A DNA stretch of 63,940 nt, filler included, from Cladosporium halotolerans (taxonomy: Eukaryota): NCBI RefSeq assembly GCF_011745625.1. It is 6 parts of 6 records of this genome, joined end to end, with 100 filler letters (N's around TTAATTAATTAA, not from the genome) between each part and the next. Parts side by side here need not be neighbours in the genome. Positions count along the whole stretch, not along the records: positions 47,898 to 59,469 come from NW_027191587.1; positions 59,570 to 63,940 come from NW_027191693.1; 4 more parts are not named here. One strand, written 5' to 3'. The notes under the pieces are model-generated. The model was not told the DNA's origin. It saw only the letters and a program-made list of their open reading frames with translations, and ran no database searches. Position numbers and translations under genes: made by a program. This document shows positions 56,490 through 63,940 of this stretch, one piece after another; position 1 is the stretch's first letter, and each line of letters starts with the position of its first letter.

Positions 56490-57847
56490 TCATGATGTCT
56501 TGGCTAACAATGGTTGCAAAATCATTTCGTCGAACCAAGGTCGATATTCTGTCTGAATCCAGTCCATCAAGAATTGAAGTGCAGCAATCACGGCCTGTGC
56601 ATCGACTACGTTTTTGGTGGAGCCAACAGAGTAGCCAGAGTATAGCCGTGCGCCATCAGAGTGGTCCTCGAAAAATAGACAGGTCCAGTCATGGCCTTGC
56701 ACTACAAGCGCTGGTAGGACAGGTATGGGTGTTGTGGCCGGCTGGCCTGCAAGACCGAGTAATTCGCGCAACTTTGCAACATGTCGTGTAACCCAGAGTG
56801 ACAGCTGTGATTGTGCAGCTCGCCAGCCTTCCCCAGTGAGCTTCGTCTCAACATGCAATGCTGTCGGCGCGAATCGTACGGGCTCGTAAAGGGTAGGATT
56901 CACTGCATTCGTACATCTAGAGAGGTGCCTTTTCTTTGCTTGAGATAGACGGAGGCCAATCGAGAAGTCTATCCGTGAGTTGGGCTCCGTGAAATCCTGG
57001 TGATAGTCTGCGAGCGAGAAAGCATCCAAGTCTATTGAAGCGGCGGTCCTACGACCAACTATCAGCTCACCATTCCAGACGGTATTGAGAACGCGACCTA
57101 CACGTTGTCACACCTGAGCTCATGCTGCCATCGCGAATGGCGCAGTGCAGTTCTGAATAATGCCGTATGCACGTCGCCATTCCAAGCCGCTTCAGAAGCT
57201 CGCTCTGCTTCATTCTCGTTTGCTTGTTCAACGATACTGACGACCTCTGTGCAACATGGAGAATCACCGACGCGGCCTCTCTGTTCAGAGAAAAGTCTCT
57301 CCGTCAGGTCATCGTCGTTGTCCAGATACGGTTGCATCGCGTCCATGTTGTCCGGGTGTATAATTCCGACTCTTAACTGGCATTTCCGTAGATGTCGAGC
57401 AATTCTCTGCGCACTCGATGGAAGTTCCCCCACTGTACCTATACTGCGTGGTACCACTGGATATCGAGCGAGTGTCAAGTTTTCGAGACGCTTCTTCGGA
57501 CTTTCGCTCCTTCGCCGTTTGGCTGCACGGCTTTGGCTGGATGCTGTGTCCGAACGAGCTACAGATGAGCGAACGGAGGTATCCGATGATACTGAGGGAC
57601 TCGGGTGAAGCACCAGGAATGTATCACTGAGCGGCGCTGCGGATGGTGGGCGTGGTGTGTTCAGATGGTCTGCATCTTCTGACTCCGTGTTGGGGGTTGC
57701 CATCTTTTGCCGTCGCGTAGGTGTCTGCTCCATGGCGTCGCTGAGCTCGTTTAGGCGACGCTTACGCGCCTTGTAGACCGACGGAGGATCTGGCAAGTCA
57801 TTAATCCACCGTGTGATGATATTCGACCGTGCCATAAAATTGTGCAT
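56490..57847 (-). CDS. Fungal PD-(D/E)XK nuclease-like protein; intron 57049-57101
   Basis: SEAAWNGDVH...DNV|TAASI, RIDFSIGL, NPTLYEPVRFAPTALHVETK, AQSQLSLW, LPALVVQGHDW; a GT-AG intron joins ORFs 57098-57847 and 56490-57029. Confidence 0.8.
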
Positions 57848-58764
57848 GGTCGGACAATGAGGGAGCTTTCCCTCTGTTGAGCAGCCTCGGCGGAGTCGTC
57901 AACAAACAGACGGGGCGACCCGTCTACCCCACAGATCAGCAGCTTCGAGCCTCGGCTCCCGCCGGATTTCGGACTAGCGAGCAAACTGAGACGGTTCATT
58001 CGTGCACTAAGGGTGCAGCTGCTCCACACCTCCTTCGATTTCCTCTTCCTCGGCCTTTCGCCGGACACGACAGGCATGCCCGTGGCTGTCCCTTCCCCGA
58101 AGATCCAAAATTTCATCGGAGAATCGGAGGTGAGGAGCGGAGAGAATTTACAAACAAAGAAAATCCGACTCGGTGGGAAGCAAAAACCATACAAAGATCT
58201 ATGACTGTACAACATACTAACATTCCTGATCACGGTTCCGGGCGATCAGTCATGGAAGCACTGAGCGAAGCTCTCGTCAACTTAGTGTTCGGCGATGAAT
58301 GCAAATCTTGTCCGCTTGCTGCCGAATCCTCCCGCAGATATGCGTCCATCCTCAAACGGCTCGCTGATGAGTGCACGGGGGGCATACAGCGTTTGCCGGA
58401 TGTTCATGGCGACAGGATCTTACGCGAATCCATCAATCACGTAGCGATAACGAGCGAATGGGACCACTGTATGTCAGTTCTTGACAGCTTTGAAGTGCAT
58501 CGCTGACGCGGAAGTTTTTTCCTACATCCATTCGCGCACCGACTCGCGCGCCGAACATCGATGGCTATACCGTGCTGATACACAACGAGAGTCGAATGAA
58601 AGCAAGCACGTGCAAGATTTTGTGGGTGAATTACGAGCCGATATAACCCTTGGGAAGAAGAAATACAACTCAAAATGCAAGGCTGCCTTTAGAGGAGAGA
58701 TCAACGTCCTTGGGTTTCTGGAAGAATTACAACGACACCTGTATAGTTCCCGTGGCTCGAAGAG

Positions 58765-59469
58765 ATGCATCCGAGTTTGGAAGCAATCTCATTCGTAGAT
58801 GACATAGGCCTTGTCTTGAAGTGCAACAAGTTGGACGAAGGCGCGAGAGCGCTCGAGAGCATTGCGCAACATGCAGTCGAGTGGGGAGACCGCAACAAAG
58901 TCGAGTTCGAAATCAGCAAAACAGAAGTCGTAGTTTTCAGCAAGCAGCGCAAAGTGCTACAAGAAAGCAGAGAAACGTCGTTGCGCATCGGACAACGCGG
59001 GCTTCCCATCAACCGCGGCGCGACCAAATGGCTAGGCTTCTGGCTGGATCCGAAGCTGTCTTTCAAGACGCACTTCGAGAAGAGGCTGGCGAGCGCCAAA
59101 GGTGCCCTGCAAAGGATAAAGGGTCTCAGTGGCAGCCGTGGCGGCCTACCCATGCGACTGATGCGGAGAGTCGCCGTGGCAGCAGTCAACTCAGTTGCGC
59201 TTTACGGAGCTGAGGTATGGTGGAGGGGACAGCAAGACCGTTCCAAGCGTCTGCAGGTACTACTGAACAGTCAAGCACGAGCTATCACTGGTATGCTGTC
59301 GTCTACGCCGATCCACACCCTGCTCGCGGCAGCCTGCTTGCCACGTGCTGGACAACTGCTGGACAATCGTCAAACGCGGTTTGCCGTGCGAGCTCTTGCT
59401 GCCGCACAAGACCACCCGACTCATCAGCTGTTGCCCCCGAACTTTCGGATGGGCCAGTTGTACAGACAC
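58765..59469 (+). mobile_element. 5'-truncated LINE RT fragment related to the 43127 LINE, running into the contig end
   Basis: ISFVDDIGLV...NKVEFEISKTE...ATKWLGFWLDPKLSF...HPTHQLLP is collinear with the 44940-45640 region. Confidence 0.9.
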
Positions 59470-59569
59470 NNNNNNNNNNNNNNNNNNNNNNNNNNNNNNN
59501 NNNNNNNNNNNNNTTAATTAATTAANNNNNNNNNNNNNNNNNNNNNNNNNNNNNNNNNNNNNNNNNNNN
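59470..59569. other. Artificial contig spacer
   Basis: N44-TTAATTAATTAA-N44. Confidence 0.97.
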
Positions 59570-59576
59570 CCGCCTT

Positions 59577-59668
59577 AGGGTTAGTAGGAGATCAGTGTTC
59601 TCCTCCGTTGCCTTTTGGCGAGGGTTAGTAGGAGATCAGTGTTCTCCTCCGTTGCCTTTTGGCGAGGA
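59577..59668 (+). repeat. Perfect 44-bp tandem duplication (59577-59620, 59621-59664) followed by AGGA
   Basis: AGGGTTAGTAGGAGATCAGTGTTCTCCTCCGTTGCCTTTTGGCG x2. Confidence 0.92.
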
Positions 59669-60150
59669 GCGTCAGGCTTGAGAGAAAGATTGACACAACA
59701 GGTAGCAAATCTTGACAAGCTCATAATTGACCTAGCGTGCACGGCCATAATGGATCACGCGCACCAAGGCCTGCAAGGCGCAGCATAGCCGAAGAGGAAC
59801 TGTTGGCCATGCCCTAGGTTTGTCTGAGTTCATAGCACCGAGGCGAATGACTTTGCCGCGATTGCCCGATGACCCGACTTTCACATGCCCCGGCACATTC
59901 TGACAGCCTACAATAGGGACCGAGGCTAGGCCCCACGGCGGGCTTTTCTCCCATTTCATCGTTTATTCCTGAAAGCCACTGATTGGCTCAAGATAATTTG
60001 CGAGGTTCCGCTGGGTGCAATTCTCTCTTCTTGAGGAACTACTGGGGAGGAGGGCTTTGTGACCCATGCAACTCGTGTCAATGAACACCATCTATCCGCC
60101 TCTACCAAGGTGTAAAATGCATCATGCTCTCTCTCTAAAGACCCTGTGCG

Positions 60151-61629
60151 TCAGCCACTGAGTTGCGTTCTCTTTCCAGTCATCCGACGGTACAACCAAA
60201 CACAAAAGGCAATACCGTTGTCGTCAATGAGTGTTGTCGCAACTTCAGCAACCCACAATGTAGCAGGCAGAAGCAAACATTGCGCAGCAAAAAAATTGAG
60301 CTCCATGGCAAATGGCCCAATAGCAGGGATCGGAAGCCTGTTGGACCATTTGGGGATCCGCATAGCGTGTGACTCCCTCGAGAACCCAACAGCTGCGTAT
60401 ATTCTATCGCCCAGCGTCCATAATATAGGCCCGTGTATCAGATAGAACATGTATGATATCCGACCCAGGTACTGGCAAAAGCAGGACTCAAAGAATCGGC
60501 GAAGCCACGAAATACGTGGCACAGAGACCACCAAAAAGGCGGAAGCGAAGAAGAGATAGAACCATTTGTAGTCAAAGACTGCTTGAGGCTTGAAAATTGA
60601 CAGTGTATGCCATCCCGGTGAATCGCGCAGCACCTGGATGTCGGAGTCAAAGGAAGGAGCACCGCCCAGATAGAAGCTCACAAGAAAGAGTGAATGGAAA
60701 AAAGGCGATTTGAGTCTTTCCATGCGCATGATCCAGGCTGGCAAAGAGCCGCTCGCCACGATATGGTCGATGTCCGACAGCAGCATCCCTGTCATGAACA
60801 TCGCATAATGGGCACCATCTGCAATGTACAGCAGGTAGAAAATCAACACTGCCTGGCAAAGTAGACGTGCCCTCTGGGTACAGCGGGAGAGGGCATTGCA
60901 GGTTGTGTAGATTAGAAGTGACCCTTTCATCTCCACGGGAATGGACCATGTGTGCGCGTTGTAGGAGAGCCATGGCTCTCCACCAGTGCGAAAGACGAAA
61001 GTGAAATTTTTCACGTCGACATACCACTTCCAAATACCAGCGCTGTAGGTGGGCTCGGGGATGAAGTCTGCCAAGATTCCAAATACGTGCCATAGAGAGA
61101 GGGTCATGAAGGTGGTGACGATGATAGGTAGATACAGCCTGAGCCATCTTCGGAAAAGCGCAGATGCAAGTTTGTCTCCAAGTTTGGTGTATTCGCCAGC
61201 GTTCATCAAAGCCAGTGGTTGTGTTGAGAGGACGTAGCCAGAAAGAACGAAGAATGTGGAGACTGCGTAGTGGCCTCCGGTAAAAAAGTTGCGGATGCCA
61301 GGCATGGCAGCTACGTAGTAATCGCCTTGATAGCCCCAGGCGTTCTCGAGTTTGAAATCGGCTTTCTGAGCGTCGTGGCTCCATAGCTCATGATGAAGAA
61401 TGTACACCAGCAGCGCAGCGAATCCTCTGATGCCGTCCAGGTATGCCGTGGGTCGCAGTTTTGCATGTTTGACGGACAGCCGCTTCATGAAGCCAGGCCT
61501 AAGCGCAAGCAAGGTTGCATGGAGGAATCGTGATGCATGCCGGAGAGCCACGAAAAGTCGCTTCGGCGCGGTCGTCTCGGCAAAAGTATTGCCCTTCTCC
61601 GCAATAGATTCCAGTTCTTCATCGGTCAT
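60151..61629 (-). CDS. Acyltransferase family 3 membrane O-acyltransferase (CHIP3-like)
   Basis: TAYLDGIRGFAALLVYILH, AVSTFFVLSGYVL, FRRWLRLYLP, HTWSIPVE, YLGRISYMFYLIHGP; first ATG at 61629. Confidence 0.9.
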   Translation of the reverse strand: MTDEELESIAEKGNTFAETTAPKRLFVALRHASRFLHATLLALRPGFMKRLSVKHAKLRPTAYLDGIRGFAALLVYILHHELWSHDAQKADFKLENAWGYQGDYYVAAMPGIRNFFTGGHYAVSTFFVLSGYVLSTQPLALMNAGEYTKLGDKLASALFRRWLRLYLPIIVTTFMTLSLWHVFGILADFIPEPTYSAGIWKWYVDVKNFTFVFRTGGEPWLSYNAHTWSIPVEMKGSLLIYTTCNALSRCTQRARLLCQAVLIFYLLYIADGAHYAMFMTGMLLSDIDHIVASGSLPAWIMRMERLKSPFFHSLFLVSFYLGGAPSFDSDIQVLRDSPGWHTLSIFKPQAVFDYKWFYLFFASAFLVVSVPRISWLRRFFESCFCQYLGRISYMFYLIHGPILWTLGDRIYAAVGFSRESHAMRIPKWSNRLPIPAIGPFAMELNFFAAQCLLLPATLWVAEVATTLIDDNGIAFCVWLYRRMTGKRTQLSG

Positions 61630-62974
61630 GTTTCGAGGAAGATATTCGATTAGAAGTAGAAATGTGACCAAGGGTTCCTCAAGGACTGTGCAATGAAACA
61701 AAAGCGAAGGTGTACAAACTCATCAGTGGGGAATCTGGGGGTGAGAGACCCGCAAGCACTGGTCACGCGAATGCACAAACCAACTGCCAATCTTTTCAGC
61801 CCGTTCCGTATTTCTCAAGACCTTCGAAATTTTCACCCGAGGTCGTTCTCGCCATGACAGGCGAAGCAATGAGCATTCTCGCGTGACTAGAGATTGCGGC
61901 GTCAGGCGTCCTGGGTGGTCACCACTGTCAACGTACTCTCCTCGGCTGGATGATTGACTCCGAGGTGCAGATCTTGTGACATGTGAAAGAAGAGAGCACG
62001 TATCCGCAATGGCTGGTTTCCCCACCGAGAAGTGCCGACAGGGCTTGAGCTGCGTTGATGTTGAAAGCTTCGGCTCGTTTGAATGCAACAAGCTCGGGGC
62101 GGGAGTTGCTTGGTCTTGATCGCGACACGGCGACATTGCCGAAAAGCGTTCCTATGACCGAAATCATGCAGTTTTCTGCTATATCACGCGCCGCAACGTC
62201 CAAGTCCGGGGCCGAGAGCCACATTCGGGCCTAGCGCCGTAGCATTATTGACAGTTGGATTGTGCAGGTGGCGCGTCTCCCCCTGCGTCGAATCCGACCT
62301 TCCCCAGATCCCCACAACCTCGCGGAAGCGCCACCCGAAGCTGAATCCCTCGGCTGCTTGCTGAAGAGGGGAGAAGCTCGACGCTAATGCTTGCCGTACG
62401 GGCGGCGGCTCCCGCTTGACAGACGTCTGTCTGTCAGGAACAGAACATCCTCGTCTGCACTTGACACCCTCATCACATACCAGGATGGGACAACGATCTC
62501 ATATGAAGCCGCTAGCTCGCTTGCGCCGACGATTTTGGCTTGGTGTACCTTGGCCCTGTCGAGAGCGAACGTTTAGAGTGTCGGTGCTTCCCTGATCACA
62601 GGCGAAGCCGTCTAATGCTCCGGCGCAATCCTCGCAAAGCTCAATGTTTGTGGTCTGGCTTATCCAATCCCAGCAGGTCCGACAAGCCTGGTAGCCCTCC
62701 ATAAACTTTCGCAGCTGGCTTTTTTCCAGGGTCTTCAATTGTCTCCCGGAACGTCCTCGTCACCGACTTTCTTGCCTCGGTTGAGCACACTCTCGCTTCT
62801 ATGGCGAGCAATGATCTTTAAACCTCTCATGGATGGTAGTAGCGGGGCTAGAGTGTTTAGGGGCGCGTTGAGCAACTGTGTCGGGTGGCTTTTCAAGCCC
62901 AATGTAGATCTCTGCGAGATTTAACAAGGAACTGCTGCTGCCCTCAATCATGACCATGACACAGCTTTTACTCC

Positions 62975-63843
62975 ATGGAGACCAAGACGATTTCAGAGGC
63001 CATCAAGCCTTCGAAAATTGTTTTACCTACCATACCAAAGCAGATCCAACGCATTATTCCCGCCTTGTTTGCCCTATTGTTTCTTTCTCTCACCTTCTCC
63101 GGACATCTTGGCGAGCTCGGATCTACAGTCTTCGTGCCTAAAGCCACTCTCTTTCCACGAAAGATCTGGCAGACATGGAAAGTCGATCCTCTCGACTTCG
63201 AAGAACGCGACCTCAATATCGCGCGATCATGGGTAAAGATCAACCCTGCTTATCGATACGAGGTCTTAACAGACCAGAATGACCTGGCTTATGTGGAGAA
63301 GAACTTTGGCCCAGACGGTTTCAATCGTCTTGATATCGTCTACGTCTACCGCGAGTTGACTGCTAGGATCATCAAGGCCGACCTGCTCCGCTACCTGGTC
63401 ATGTACGTTGAAGGCGGGGTCTACACAGACATCGATGTCGAAGCTCTTCGATCCATCGACCACTTCATCCCCGAGCGATACCGAGAGCAAGACATCGATA
63501 TGGTACTCGGCGTTGAAATCGATCAGCCAGAATTCAGCCAACATCCAATACTTGGTCCAAAGTCTCAATCTTTCGTCCAATGGACTTTCATGTGCAAACC
63601 ACGGCTTCCCGTCATGCTGAGCCTCGTGGAAAACATCATTTTATGGTTGAACTCCGTGGCGGAAGAGCAGAAAGTCCCCATCTCTGAGATCAAATTGGAC
63701 TTCGACCAAGTCATCTCCGGCACCGGACCATCAGCTTTCACCCGGGCCGTACTCGACGAAATTTCCAGAAAGACAGACTCGGAAGTCAATTGGGACGCCT
63801 TTCACGATTTGAATGAGTCCAAGCTCATTGGAGGCGTCCTCGT
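62975..63843 (+). pseudogene. GT32 (Och1-like alpha-1,6-mannosyltransferase) gene interrupted by a hAT end
   Basis: TM anchor, FPRKIWQTWK, KADLLRYL, GGVYTDIDV (DxD), TGPSAFT; similarity stops at GGVLV, exactly where the TIR starts. Confidence 0.82.
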
Positions 63844-63940
63844 CAGTGCTGTTATTGGTTCGGTTGGTGCTGGTTCTGTGGTCAAACCGACACCAACCGG
63901 CAACTCGACATGTAAGAACCATTTGACCAGATGGTGAACC
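63844..63940 (+). mobile_element. hAT terminus
   Basis: CAGTGCTGTTATTGG is 14/15 identical to the TIRs at 53042/55752, followed by GGTT/AACC subterminal repeats. Confidence 0.8.

Noticed and set aside
59577..59664. CRISPR-like palindromic repeats
   Set aside because: Two abutting copies with no spacers, no cas genes, and a eukaryotic context.

Overview
Fungal (Pezizomycotina) DNA. The ALDH closely resembles the Cladosporium herbarum Cla h 10 sequence as I recall it, which suggests Cladosporiaceae/Capnodiales. The window is not one locus. Five identical 100-nt spacers (N44-TTAATTAATTAA-N44) join six repeat-rich contigs whose lengths fall monotonically (>=11991, 11967, 11955, 11584, 11572, partial), typical of size-sorted unplaced contigs. 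Contig 1: Gypsy 5' end and an ethanol-utilisation-like gene trio (GPR1/FUN34 transporter, aldehyde dehydrogenase, alcohol dehydrogenase) split by a pogo/Fot1 element. Contig 2: decayed hAT/pogo pieces and two regulator-like genes. Contig 3: an intact 1734-aa DUF3505/RecQ (telomere-linked-helicase type) ORF with a central tyrosine-recombinase-like R-K-HxxR-Y motif set, flanked by telomere-like and hairpin repeats, beside an intronless Pca1-like heavy-metal ATPase. Contig 4: LINEs and an SDR. Contig 5: nested pogo elements, an intact hAT and a PD-(D/E)XK gene. Contig 6: an acyltransferase-3/GT32 pair, with GT32 cut by a hAT end. The best candidate for a novel system is the YR-RecQ helicase unit as a self-mobile element; a covarying hairpin motif upstream of it recurs as a tandem pair at the start of contig 6. 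All family calls come from motif recognition, not database searches.
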